The notes under the pieces were generated by a model. It had not been told where the DNA came from and ran no database searches. It saw only the letters and a list, made by a program, of their open reading frames with translations. Both the position numbers and the translations under genes were made by a program. Positions 9,224-18,191 of a stretch of DNA of 46,382 bases are shown in pieces; the first letter of the stretch is position 1; the number at the start of each line of letters is the position of its first letter. Source of the stretch: an uncultured Novosphingobium sp. GTDB lineage: Bacteria > Pseudomonadota > Alphaproteobacteria > Sphingomonadales > Sphingomonadaceae. The stretch is from the NCBI GenBank assembly GCA_937897535.1, contig CALCQB010000284.1:1-46382 (forward strand), given 5' to 3'.

Positions 9224-10141
9224 TCAGGTCAGATCGCCCAGCGTGATCGCCTTGCCTTCGAGTGCCGCCTTGTTCGCGGCGCGGCGATTGCGTTCCACCG
9301 CCAGCCGTTCGGGCGGGGCCTCCTCGTCGGGCAAGGCCGCCAGGCTCTCCTCGTAGATCGCCTTGAAGTCCTCGGCGAATTCGGGGTGGGTGAAGATCAG
9401 GCCCTTGTTGTCGCTCATCCCGGCGACGATCCGCCGTCCGGCCTCGTGCGGGTCCATCCCGGCGCTGAACACCGCACCAAAGCTGGTCAGCTCGTCCTTG
9501 TTGACCGCGCCAAAGCCGCTCTGGCCGAATTCGTCCGGGCGGCGGAAGGCCGAATCCCACGCATTGGTCGCGATCAGCGCCGGGCAGACGAGCGAGCAGC
9601 CGATCCCCAGCGGCACCAGGTTGTAGCGCAAGCTCTCGGTCAGCCCGCGCACCGCGAACTTGCTGGCGGTGTAGATCCCGGCTTGCGGGCCGGAGAGATA
9701 GCCCGCCATCGAGGCCACGTTGGTCACATGCCGCCGTCCGCTCGCCGCTTTCAGCTTGGGCAGGAAGGCGACGATCCCGTTGGCGACCCCGCCGAAATTG
9801 ACCCCCATGATCCAGTCGTAATCGGCATGGCTGGCCTCGGCGGTGTCGCCGAATACCGACACCCCGGCGTTGTTGATCAGCACGTGGACCTCGCCAAAAT
9901 GGGCCTCAACCGCGTCGGCCGCCGCCGCCCAGCCCGCGCGGTCCAGCACGTCGAGCCTGACCCACAGCGGTTCCTCGCGGCCGTTGGCGGCAAACCATTC
10001 CGCCGCCTCGGCACGATAGGTCTCATTGCGGTAGCTGAGGGCGAGCCGCATTCCGGCTTCGCTGCAGGCCTTTGCGATCCCCAGCCCCAGCCCGGAAACG
10101 CCGCCGGTGATGAAGGCCACCCGGCCCTGCCAGATCGACAT
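9224..10141 (-). CDS. LigD/LigO-type C-alpha SDR (305 aa), candidate LdpB-like reductase
   Basis: TGGVSGLG, NNAG, ASM, YTASK; long Lig-type C-terminus (HPEF); SYR rather than an acidic residue after beta-2 suggests NADP(H); divergent from ldpA. Confidence 0.8.
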   Translation of the reverse strand: MSIWQGRVAFITGGVSGLGLGIAKACSEAGMRLALSYRNETYRAEAAEWFAANGREEPLWVRLDVLDRAGWAAAADAVEAHFGEVHVLINNAGVSVFGDTAEASHADYDWIMGVNFGGVANGIVAFLPKLKAASGRRHVTNVASMAGYLSGPQAGIYTASKFAVRGLTESLRYNLVPLGIGCSLVCPALIATNAWDSAFRRPDEFGQSGFGAVNKDELTSFGAVFSAGMDPHEAGRRIVAGMSDNKGLIFTHPEFAEDFKAIYEESLAALPDEEAPPERLAVERNRRAANKAALEGKAITLGDLT

Positions 10142-10165
10142 TGCAATTTTCCTCTCGCCAAATCG

Positions 10166-10193
10166 TTCCCGATTGTTAGCATTGCATACAAAT
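10166..10193. promoter_or_regulatory. Operator copy 2 (TTCCCGATTGTTAG) and an adjacent TTGCATACAA near-palindrome
   Basis: Lies in the short divergent SDR/ldpA gap; the right half-site ATTGTTAG is intact, with 3 mismatches to the core. Confidence 0.5.
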
Positions 10194-10208
10194 ATGGGAG
10201 AGTCGAAC

Positions 10209-10928
10209 ATGGCCGATACCGAAGCGCGGATTGCCGCACTGGAAGCCCGCGTCAACGAGCTGGAAGATACCAACGCGATCCGGCGGCTGCAGAACGCCTA
10301 TGGCTATTACATCGACTACAACCGGCCCGAGGAAGTGGCCGGGCTGTTTTCACAAGATGGCGCGGTGGTGTTCCTGTCGGGCGAATACCGTGGCCATGCC
10401 GGGATCATCCGGCTTTACGGTACCTGGTTCCAGAACCTGTTCACCGGAGGCAAGCGCGGCCCGGTCAAGGGCCTGCTGCTCGACCATTTCCAGCTGCAGG
10501 ACGTGATCACCGTCGCGCCCGACCGGCAGACCGCCAAGGGCCGGTTCCGCGGCGTGCTGGCGGGCGGCTGGCACGATGCGATCAAGGATGCCCTGCCCGA
10601 AGGGATGCCGCAGCAGTTCTGGGAAGCCGGGATCTATGAGAACGACTATGTCCGCGAGGACGGCGTGTGGAAGATCCGGCGGCTCAACTACATGATGCAG
10701 TGGCAGGCCGATTACGAGACCGGCTGGGCCCACACCGTCGCGCACCTGCAGCCGGCGATGCAGTGCTATCCCGAAAACCCGATCGGCCCGGACGTCATCC
10801 TGGCCGAAGAGGAATGGCGCCCGACCTGGCCGAACCGCCAGGAAGTGGCGATGAGCTTTGCCCACCCGGTGCTGGGCGCGGCCTTCGTGGTCGAGGAATT
10901 CACCAAGCTGCAGCAGAAGTGGCCGTGA
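10209..10928 (+). CDS. ldpA: NTF2/SnoaL_4-fold diarylpropane gamma-formaldehyde lyase (LdpA/LsdE-like)
   Basis: Coiled-coil N-terminus then LED.NAIRRLQ.AYGYYID, LLLDHFQLQD, QQFWEAGIYENDY, MMQWQADYETGW; closely resembles sphingomonad LdpA as recalled; Lsd and an SDR are nearby. Confidence 0.78.
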   Translation: MADTEARIAALEARVNELEDTNAIRRLQNAYGYYIDYNRPEEVAGLFSQDGAVVFLSGEYRGHAGIIRLYGTWFQNLFTGGKRGPVKGLLLDHFQLQDVITVAPDRQTAKGRFRGVLAGGWHDAIKDALPEGMPQQFWEAGIYENDYVREDGVWKIRRLNYMMQWQADYETGWAHTVAHLQPAMQCYPENPIGPDVILAEEEWRPTWPNRQEVAMSFAHPVLGAAFVVEEFTKLQQKWP

Positions 10929-10944
10929 TCGCCGCGCGGCTCTG

Positions 10945-11436
10945 CTAGACCTTCACCCCTTCGTGGTGCTCGCGGATCCACTGGGTCATCGCGGCGATGA
11001 CCTTGTCGGAGATCGCGGCGAACTGGCGCTGCTGTGCAGGCGAAAGCCCGCCGAGCAGCGCCTGCGCCACCGCCTCCACCGCCGGGTGAAGCCGCTCGTA
11101 TTCGGCCTTGCCCGCCGGGCTCAGCCGGACCGGCTTGCGGCGGCGATTGTCGGGATCGACCGCGTCCTCGATCCAGCCCTTTTCGCGCAGCGCCGCCATC
11201 GCGCGGCTGACGTTCATCGCGGGTACGCCCATGATCTCAACCAGATCGTGTCCGGCCAGGTTCCCCTCGCCAGCCAGCGCCATCATCAGTTTCAGCTCGA
11301 TCTGGCTGATCCCGGAAGGGTCGCAGACCCCATCCTTCATCGGCGAGTTGACGAAGCTGCCCAGCTTGAGCAGCCGGACCAGCTGGTCGAAGGCCGGCTC
11401 GCCTTCGGCCGGCGGCAATGGCAGAGTTTTCCCCAT
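10945..11436 (-). CDS. MarR-family regulator
   Basis: 163 aa; MNVSRAMAALREKGWI...DPDNRRRKPVRLSPAG winged-helix signature. Confidence 0.9.
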   Translation of the reverse strand: MGKTLPLPPAEGEPAFDQLVRLLKLGSFVNSPMKDGVCDPSGISQIELKLMMALAGEGNLAGHDLVEIMGVPAMNVSRAMAALREKGWIEDAVDPDNRRRKPVRLSPAGKAEYERLHPAVEAVAQALLGGLSPAQQRQFAAISDKVIAAMTQWIREHHEGVKV

Positions 11437-11489
11437 GCGCTGCGGCTATCGGCCCCGCCCGTTTGGCGCAAGCGTCAATCTGCCGCACC

Positions 11490-11503
11490 ATAACAATCGT
11501 GAC
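11490..11503. promoter_or_regulatory. Operator copy 3 (ATAACAATCGTGAC)
   Basis: 2 mismatches to TAACAATTGTTA; next to a minus-strand TTGACG (11473-11478) upstream of marR. Confidence 0.55.
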
Positions 11504-11578
11504 CATTTTGCATCACCTTGGGCCGTATTGCGGATTCGCGGTCTCGGGCTCTTGCAAATCGTAATTTAGTATGTCTTA

Positions 11579-11592
11579 CTAACAATCCTTGG
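11579..11592. promoter_or_regulatory. Operator copy 4 (CTAACAATCCTTGG)
   Basis: Left half-site intact, 3 mismatches; downstream of TTGCAA (11552) and about 40 bp before the receptor start. Confidence 0.45.
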
Positions 11593-11630
11593 GCGGCCCG
11601 ACGGAAGAGGCCCGAACAGGAGAGGGATTT

Positions 11631-13988
11631 ATGGCAAAGTTTTCCAGCATGACTGGCGTAGTTCGTTTCGGCCTTGCGGCCAGCGCATCGGCGATGGCCT
11701 TGAGCCTGGCCGCCCCTGCCTTTGCGCAGGACGCCACCGAGGACGCACCCGAATCGGGCCGCGAAATCGTTGTCACCGCCCAGTTCCGCGAGCAGAAGCT
11801 GCAGGACACCCCGCTGTCGATCACGGCGGTGGACAGTCAGTTGCTCGAAAGCCGCAACCAGACCGACATCTCCAAGATTGCCGCACAGGCCCCGAACGTC
11901 ACGCTCAACGCGATGGGCGGTGCCTATGGTTCCTCGCTCGGCGCTTCGATCCGCGGCGTTGGCCAGTTCGACTTCAACCCGGCCTATGAGCCCGGCGTCG
12001 GCATGTATGTCGATGACGTCTATTACGCCACGCTGACCGGCGGGATTTTCGACCTGCTCGATCTGGAACGCGTCGAAGTGCTGCGCGGCCCGCAAGGCAC
12101 GCTGACCGGCCGCAACTCGATCGGCGGCGCGATCAAGCTGTTCTCCAAGAAGCCCGATGGCGAAACCGAAGGCAACATCTCGGTCGCAGCCGGCAGCCGC
12201 AAGCGCTTCGACATCCGCGCCAGCGCCAGCTTCCATATTTCCGAAGGCGTCGATGCCCGCATTGCCGGGGTCTACAAGCGCCAGGACGGCTATGTCGATC
12301 AGATCGACTATGGCTGCGCCCATCCGGGCAATGCCGAAGGCATCGCCGCCTTCCCCAGCACGCCTTCGGACTGCGTGATGTCCAAGCTGGGCGAGGTCAA
12401 CTATTCGGGCGTGCGCGGTGCGCTGCGCCTGCGCCCGACCGACGGGATCGATATTACCTTCGCGGCCGACTACACCCACGAAAACCGTTCCAACGCGGCT
12501 GAGGTCGTCACCCAGACCACCCCGGCGCTGGCCAACGCAATTTGCGGACCGTTCTGCACCTATGCGAGCTTCTATCTGACCGGCAACACGCCGCCTCCTG
12601 GTCTGACCATTCCCGGGCCTTGGGGCCAGGTTGCGACCGGCTATTTCATGCCCAACACGACCAAGTTTGACGGCTGGGGCGTTTCGGCAAATGCGACCTT
12701 TACCCTGTCGGATTCGCTCAACATCCAGTCGATCACCGCGTACCGCGATTATCGGCAGGTCTGGGGCACCGACGACGATTTCAACCCGTTCCCGGCCAAG
12801 TCGGCCGGCGGGTTCAACGACCTCTCGTTCTGGTTCTTCAGCCAGGAACTGCGGGTGAATGCCAAGCTGGGCGATATCGGCGAACTGACCGTGGGCGGTT
12901 ACTATTCCGATCAGAAGTCGGTCTACTTCACCCGCCAGGACATCCGCTACATCGCGCCGGGACTGAACTTCCAGTTCCAGGGCAACGATCCGGTCAATGC
13001 TGACAGCAAGGCGGCGTTTGCCACCGTGATTCTGCGGCCGGTCGAGAACATGACCCTGACTGCCGGCGCACGCTATTCGGACGAGCACAAGGATTACACC
13101 TTCGTCCGCAAGAACTTCGACGGTACGCCTTCGTACTTCCTTGGCGCGCTCGACGGCGTGAAGGCTGTCTATGACGGCAACAAGTGGGACTGGCGCATTT
13201 CGGCCGATTACCGCTTCAGCCCCGAAGTGCTGGCCTATGTCACCGTTGGCACCGGCTTCAAGGGCGGCGGCGTGACCGCCCGTCCGTTCGACGCTGCCCA
13301 GGCGCTCAACGGCAGCTTCGGTCCGGAAACGGTCACTGCCTATGAAGCCGGGCTCAAGACCGACCTGTTCGACCGCCGTCTGCGGGTGAACGTTTCGGCC
13401 TTCATCAACGACTACAAGGACATCCAGCTTCCCCTGATCACCTGTGCCTCGCTGGGTTCGAACGCGCCGTGCGGTGCCCGCCAGAACGCCGGCGACGGCA
13501 AGATCAAGGGCTTCGAAGTCGAAATGTTCGCCAGCCCGTGGGAAGGTCTCGATATCGATGCCTCGCTCAGCCACCTGACCGGCAGCTGGAAGAACATCGA
13601 TCCGCGCGTCGGCAATGCGATCCTGATCACCGATCCGATCGTCTCGCCGAACTGGAAGTGGAGCTTCGGGGTGCAGCAGAAGCTGGACCTGGGCAGCGCC
13701 GGTTCGCTCACCCCGCGGTTCGACATGTCGTATGTCGGCAAGACCACCGCAGGCCGGCTGACCGGAGGCGGACCGATCGACTATTACCCGTCGGTCACGC
13801 TCGGCAACGGGCGGATCACCTGGAAGAACACCGACGAGGACCTCTCGATCTCGTTCGAGGTGCAGAACCTGTTCAACAAGTACTACACCCCGTTCCGGTT
13901 CGCGGCAGTCTATGGCTTCTCGGGCACGATCTACTCGCAGGTCGGTCGGCCGCGCGAGTGGGCCGTCACCGTCAAGAAGACCTTCTGA
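11631..13988 (+). CDS. TonB-dependent receptor, 785 aa
   Basis: Sec signal ending AFA-Q; TonB box EIVVTAQ; plug IRGVGQ...ERVEVLRGPQGTL; C-terminal Phe. Confidence 0.95.
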   Translation: MAKFSSMTGVVRFGLAASASAMALSLAAPAFAQDATEDAPESGREIVVTAQFREQKLQDTPLSITAVDSQLLESRNQTDISKIAAQAPNVTLNAMGGAYGSSLGASIRGVGQFDFNPAYEPGVGMYVDDVYYATLTGGIFDLLDLERVEVLRGPQGTLTGRNSIGGAIKLFSKKPDGETEGNISVAAGSRKRFDIRASASFHISEGVDARIAGVYKRQDGYVDQIDYGCAHPGNAEGIAAFPSTPSDCVMSKLGEVNYSGVRGALRLRPTDGIDITFAADYTHENRSNAAEVVTQTTPALANAICGPFCTYASFYLTGNTPPPGLTIPGPWGQVATGYFMPNTTKFDGWGVSANATFTLSDSLNIQSITAYRDYRQVWGTDDDFNPFPAKSAGGFNDLSFWFFSQELRVNAKLGDIGELTVGGYYSDQKSVYFTRQDIRYIAPGLNFQFQGNDPVNADSKAAFATVILRPVENMTLTAGARYSDEHKDYTFVRKNFDGTPSYFLGALDGVKAVYDGNKWDWRISADYRFSPEVLAYVTVGTGFKGGGVTARPFDAAQALNGSFGPETVTAYEAGLKTDLFDRRLRVNVSAFINDYKDIQLPLITCASLGSNAPCGARQNAGDGKIKGFEVEMFASPWEGLDIDASLSHLTGSWKNIDPRVGNAILITDPIVSPNWKWSFGVQQKLDLGSAGSLTPRFDMSYVGKTTAGRLTGGGPIDYYPSVTLGNGRITWKNTDEDLSISFEVQNLFNKYYTPFRFAAVYGFSGTIYSQVGRPREWAVTVKKTF

Positions 13989-14020
13989 TCGAAGCCACCT
14001 TTGGCTTTCGTTACTGGAAC

Positions 14021-14053
14021 AAGGGCGGTCGGCAACGATCGCCCTTTTTCTTT
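14021..14053 (+). terminator. Rho-independent terminator
   Basis: AAGGGCGGTCG-GCAA-CGATCGCCCTT followed by a T-rich tract. Confidence 0.85.
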
Positions 14054-14096
14054 GCGTGACGCCCACGCAGTGGCTAGACTTTCTACCAATTGTTAT
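14052..14096 (+). promoter_or_regulatory. Putative sigma70 promoter plus operator copy 5 (CTACCAATTGTTAT, 14083-14096)
   Basis: TTGCGT-N17-TAGACT, immediately followed by a 1-mismatch core palindrome. Confidence 0.7.
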
Positions 14097-14117
14097 AATG
14101 ACCAAGGGAGATTCAGG

Positions 14118-15587
14118 ATGCTGCCCGCAGGCGTGAAGATCGTTCACCCCGATAAACTCTACATCGGTGGCGCATGGGTTGCCCCCCATTCCGGCCACCA
14201 GCTGGAGATGGTCTCGCCCAATACCGAACAGGTTGTCGCCACTTGCGCAGAAGCGGACGAGGCCGACATGGATGCGGCCGTGGCCGCCGCGCGGGAGGCC
14301 TTCGACCATGGTCCCTGGCCGAGCACTCCGCCGGCCGAGCGGGTCGCCGCGTTCCGGCGGATGGTCGCGCATCTTGAAGCGCGCGTGCCAGAACTCGCCG
14401 CTTGCTGGACCGCGCAGATGGGCGGCCTCGCCAGCTTTGCCGGGCCGATGCACGGCGGCTCGGTCGCGACGCTGGGTGCGATTGCCAACTATGCGGAAGG
14501 CTTCCAGTTCGTCGAGCAACGCGCCACGGTCGGCGCGGCAGCTGGCCTCGTCGTGCACGAACCGGTCGGGGTGGTCGCGGCGATCGCACCGTGGAACGGG
14601 CCGTTCGGGATCATGGCCAACAAGGTTGCCTATGCGCTGCTGACCGGCTGCACGGTGATCATGAAGCCTTCGCCCGAGACCCCGCTGGAGGCCTATATCA
14701 TCGCCGAAGCCGCCGAATCGGCCGGCCTGCCGCCGGGGGTGGTGGGTCTGGTCCCGAGCCACCGCGAGGCGGCCGATCACCTCGTCAACAACCCCGGGGT
14801 CGACAAGGTCAGCTTCACCGGATCGACCCTGGCGGGCAAGCGGATCGCGCAGGTCTGCGGGGGGCGGATCGCGCGCTACACGCTCGAACTCGGCGGCAAG
14901 AGCGCGGCGATCGTCCGCGACGACTTCCCGACCGAAGCCGCCGCCAAGCTGCTTACGGGCACGCTCAACCTGATGAGCGGGCAGGTCTGCGCGATGCTCA
15001 GCCGGGCGATCGTCCCGCGCCACCGTCACGACGAACTGGCAGCGGCGATCGCGGCGGAAATGAAGCAGGTGGTGATCGGCCATTCGGACGATCCCCAGAC
15101 CCAGCTCGGTCCGCTGGCGATGAAGCGCCAGCTTGAACGGGTCGAGATGTATATCGAGGAGGGCAGGAAGACCGCCGATCTGGTCACCGGCGGCGGACGG
15201 CCGAGCCACCTCAACCAGGGCTATTTCATCGAACCGACCCTGTTCGCCAATGTCGATAACGCCAGCCGGATTGCCCAGGAGGAGATCTTCGGCCCGGTGC
15301 TCGCGCTGATCCCGTGCGAGGATGAGGAGGACGCGATCCGGATCGCCAACGAATCAAACTACGGCCTCAACGGCTCGGTGCTGACCCAGGACGCGCAGGC
15401 AGCCTATGACATCGGGCGGAGGATCCGCACCGGCGGGTTCGGGCAGAACGGATTGCGGATGGACTTCGGCCTGCCGTTCGGCGGGTTCAAGCAGAGCGGC
15501 ATCGGCCGTGAGGGTGGACCCGAGGGCCTGTGGGGCTATGTCGAGACCAAGACCATGTTGCTCGACGCAATGCCGAACCAACTTTGA
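14118..15587 (+). CDS. Aldehyde dehydrogenase
   Basis: IAPWNGP, KPSPETP, FTGST, LELGGKSA, catalytic GQVC, EEIFGPV, PFGGFKQSG; RBS GGGAG. Confidence 0.93.
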   Translation: MLPAGVKIVHPDKLYIGGAWVAPHSGHQLEMVSPNTEQVVATCAEADEADMDAAVAAAREAFDHGPWPSTPPAERVAAFRRMVAHLEARVPELAACWTAQMGGLASFAGPMHGGSVATLGAIANYAEGFQFVEQRATVGAAAGLVVHEPVGVVAAIAPWNGPFGIMANKVAYALLTGCTVIMKPSPETPLEAYIIAEAAESAGLPPGVVGLVPSHREAADHLVNNPGVDKVSFTGSTLAGKRIAQVCGGRIARYTLELGGKSAAIVRDDFPTEAAAKLLTGTLNLMSGQVCAMLSRAIVPRHRHDELAAAIAAEMKQVVIGHSDDPQTQLGPLAMKRQLERVEMYIEEGRKTADLVTGGGRPSHLNQGYFIEPTLFANVDNASRIAQEEIFGPVLALIPCEDEEDAIRIANESNYGLNGSVLTQDAQAAYDIGRRIRTGGFGQNGLRMDFGLPFGGFKQSGIGREGGPEGLWGYVETKTMLLDAMPNQL

Positions 15588-15598
15588 AGGACTGAACC

Positions 15599-16435
15599 AT
15601 GACCAATCACGTTGCAGCCAAGTCGATCGTCATCACCGGCGGCGGCGGCGGGTTCGGCCGGCTGGTCGCGCTCAAGACCGCCGCACTGGGCGCGAAGGTG
15701 ACGCTGGGCGATATCGATCTTGCCGCCGCGCAAGCCGTGGCGGATGAGGTTACGGCGGCGGGCGGGATCGCACAGGCCGTCGCGGTTGACGTCACCGACC
15801 TCGCCCAGGTCAAGGCGCTGGTGGCGGCGGCGGTCGCTGCTCACGGCGGGATCGACGTGATGGTCAACAACGCCGGGATCATGCCGCTGGCGTTCATTTC
15901 CGATCATGAGGCAGCCTATTCCGCGTGGAGCCGCTGCATCGATATCAACATCAAGGGCGTGCTCCACGGGATGATCGCCGCGCACGATCCGATGATCGCG
16001 GCGGGCCGCGGGCATGTGGTCAACCTCTCGTCGATCTACGGCAATTTCCCGGTGACCGGCGCGGCGGTCTATGGCGCGAGCAAGGCGGCGGTGAACTTTC
16101 TCTCGGAAAGCCTGCGGGTAGAGGCGCGGGGCAAGATCAAGGTCACGACGATCAAGCCGACCGGTGTGCCAGCGACCAATCTGGGGGCCAGCGTGATCAA
16201 CCCCGCTGCCAGCGTTGGCATCCTCGGCCAGAACACCGGGGAGTTCATGGAGATGGTCGGCCAGATGGGCGAAGGAACCTTCCCGGCCGAACGGCTTGAC
16301 CCAGCAACCATCGACTATGCCAGCCTCGCCCCCGAACACATCGCCGACGGGATCGTCCACGCGATCAACCAGCCGTGGGGTGTCTCGATCGGCGAAATGA
16401 CGATCCGCGCGAGCGGGGATCATTTCATCCTCTAG
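15599..16435 (+). CDS. Short-chain dehydrogenase/reductase
   Basis: TGGGGGFG, GDID (acidic, NAD-type), NNAG, YGASK. Confidence 0.9.
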   Translation: MTNHVAAKSIVITGGGGGFGRLVALKTAALGAKVTLGDIDLAAAQAVADEVTAAGGIAQAVAVDVTDLAQVKALVAAAVAAHGGIDVMVNNAGIMPLAFISDHEAAYSAWSRCIDINIKGVLHGMIAAHDPMIAAGRGHVVNLSSIYGNFPVTGAAVYGASKAAVNFLSESLRVEARGKIKVTTIKPTGVPATNLGASVINPAASVGILGQNTGEFMEMVGQMGEGTFPAERLDPATIDYASLAPEHIADGIVHAINQPWGVSIGEMTIRASGDHFIL

Positions 16436-16441
16436 CCACTT

Positions 16442-16517
16442 CGTCATTGCGAGCGTAGCGAAGCAATCCAGGGCCGAGCAAACCGCCCTGGATTGCTTCG
16501 CTACGCTCGCAATGACG
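16442..16517. repeat. REP/RPE-like palindromic element, copy A
   Basis: Perfect 33-bp inverted repeat CGTCATTGCGAGCGTAGCGAAGCAATCCAGGGC with a 10-nt loop, between convergent SDR genes. Confidence 0.9.
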
Positions 16518-16524
16518 TGGAGTG

Positions 16525-17265
16525 TTAGCCCAACTCCACGCACCCGCCATCGACGTAGAGGTCGACCCCATTGATGAAGCTGGCCTCGTTGCTGGCGAGG
16601 AACAGCACGGCGGCGGCGATCTCATCGCTCGTCCCCATCCGCCCGATCGGGACCACGTCCGAAAGCATCGCGCGCATCCCCGCGATCTCCGCCTCGCTCG
16701 CGCCGCGTTTGAAGATTTCGGTATCGGTCGGGCCGGGCGAGACCATGTTGACTCGAATCCGGCGCGGCAACAATTCCTTGGCCAGGATCCGCGCCATCGC
16801 GCGCAGCCCGGCCTTGGCTGCGGCATAGGCGATATTGCCCGGCACCGCCGCGACCGAGCCGATCGAGCCGGTGATCACGATGCTGCCGCCATCACGCATC
16901 AATGGCAGCGCCGCCTGCACCGCGAAGAACGCCCCGCGCAGATTGACCGAATGGATCCCGTCCCAGAATTCCTCGGTCACGGCCTCGACCGGCGCGAACC
17001 CGCCGACCCCGGCGTTGACGAACAGCACGTCGATCCCGCCCAGCGCCTCGCCGATTTCGGCCATGGCGGCGCGGCTCGCCTCGGGCAGGCCCATGTCGCT
17101 GACGACGCCCAGCGCCTCACATTCCTCAGCCGCTGCGCCAAGCGTTTCGGCGTTGCGCCCGGTCAGCGCGAGCTTGGCCCCCTCGGCCCGGAACATCCGC
17201 GCCGCCGCCAGTCCGATCCCGGCGTTGCCACCCAGGATCGCCACGCATTTGCCAGCGAACCGCAT
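16525..17265 (-). CDS. Short-chain dehydrogenase/reductase
   Basis: LGGNAGIG, VNAG, YAAAK, RVNMVSPGP, VDGG; start overlaps the upstream SnoaL stop (TGATG). Confidence 0.9.
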   Translation of the reverse strand: MRFAGKCVAILGGNAGIGLAAARMFRAEGAKLALTGRNAETLGAAAEECEALGVVSDMGLPEASRAAMAEIGEALGGIDVLFVNAGVGGFAPVEAVTEEFWDGIHSVNLRGAFFAVQAALPLMRDGGSIVITGSIGSVAAVPGNIAYAAAKAGLRAMARILAKELLPRRIRVNMVSPGPTDTEIFKRGASEAEIAGMRAMLSDVVPIGRMGTSDEIAAAVLFLASNEASFINGVDLYVDGGCVELG

Positions 17266-17705
17266 CAGAACATCGTGTTCGTGTTGGCAGCCTTTTCCGG
17301 CACCGGTTGCAGCACGTCCCAGTGTTCGACCACCTTGCAGGCTTTCACCCGCAAGATATCGACCACCGCCATGCCGCGATCGGTTTCGGAAAACCTTCCC
17401 CACGAGTGAACCGCGACCAGATCGCCCTCGGCAATGATCCGCTTGATCTCATAGCGGATTCCGGGGTTGCCCTTGAAGAACGGCTCGAGGAAGCCGATCG
17501 CCGCGTCGCGGCCGGTCGCGGCCATCGGGTTGTGCTGGATATAGCCCGGATCAACCCAGGTTTCGAACGCACCGCGCACGTCCTTCTGGACATAGAACTG
17601 GGTCATGAACGCGGTCACGACCTGCTTGGGCTTGCAGCTTTTGGCTTCAGCGCTCTGGGCAGTCAGGGCCAGGGTGGCGGCGGCGGCGAACAAGGCAAGG
17701 CGCAT
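17265..17705 (-). CDS. SnoaL/NTF2-like protein with a Sec signal peptide
   Basis: Signal MRLALFAAAATLALTAQSAEA; YIQHNP, IAEGDLV, VVDILRV, VEHWDV. Confidence 0.85.
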   Translation of the reverse strand: MRLALFAAAATLALTAQSAEAKSCKPKQVVTAFMTQFYVQKDVRGAFETWVDPGYIQHNPMAATGRDAAIGFLEPFFKGNPGIRYEIKRIIAEGDLVAVHSWGRFSETDRGMAVVDILRVKACKVVEHWDVLQPVPEKAANTNTMF

Positions 17706-17720
17706 CGGTCTTCTCCCATT

Positions 17721-18110
17721 TCAAAACATCGGCAGCGGATTGAGCGGCTGCTCCGGCACATCCTGCAGCACATCCCAGTGCTCGACAATCTTGCCGTCGG
17801 CGACCCGAAAGATATCGACCACGGCCAAGCCCGGATCGCCGGCGTGGCGGATCACGTGGTGGTGGACGATCACGTGATCGCCATCGACGAAGGCCCGCTT
17901 GAGGTTGTGGGTCCCCTCGGGCGACTGGACCTTCACGAAGTCGAGGAAGTCCTTGAGCGCCTGAACAGTCGGTTCCGCCAGTGACGAATGCTGGATATAA
18001 CCGGGCGCGATGTAGTCATCGACCCTCGCGCTATCCATCGGCATCAGCACATCGCGGTACATTGCCAGGACCAGATCGAGATTGGCCTGTTCGGCGTCCG
18101 TGCGGCTCAT
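17721..18110 (-). CDS. SnoaL/NTF2-like protein (no signal peptide)
   Basis: YIQHS, VDGDHV, AVVDIFRVADGKIVEHWDV. Confidence 0.85.
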   Translation of the reverse strand: MSRTDAEQANLDLVLAMYRDVLMPMDSARVDDYIAPGYIQHSSLAEPTVQALKDFLDFVKVQSPEGTHNLKRAFVDGDHVIVHHHVIRHAGDPGLAVVDIFRVADGKIVEHWDVLQDVPEQPLNPLPMF

Positions 18111-18130
18111 CGCCTCTCCCCTCTTTCATT

Positions 18131-18144
18131 CTAACAATTGGTAA
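18131..18144. promoter_or_regulatory. Operator copy 6 (CTAACAATTGGTAA)
   Basis: 1 mismatch to the core; in the divergent gap between snoaL and the hypothetical/PQQ operon. Confidence 0.7.
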
Positions 18145-18191
18145 GATATGCCTCACGCGACAAAGGGCGTAAAGCCCGGATGGGAGAGCGC

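Noticed and set aside
11475-15209. 1244-aa minus-strand ORF
   Set aside because: It is the antisense shadow of the receptor and ALDH, has no motifs, and is expected from GC-rich codon bias.
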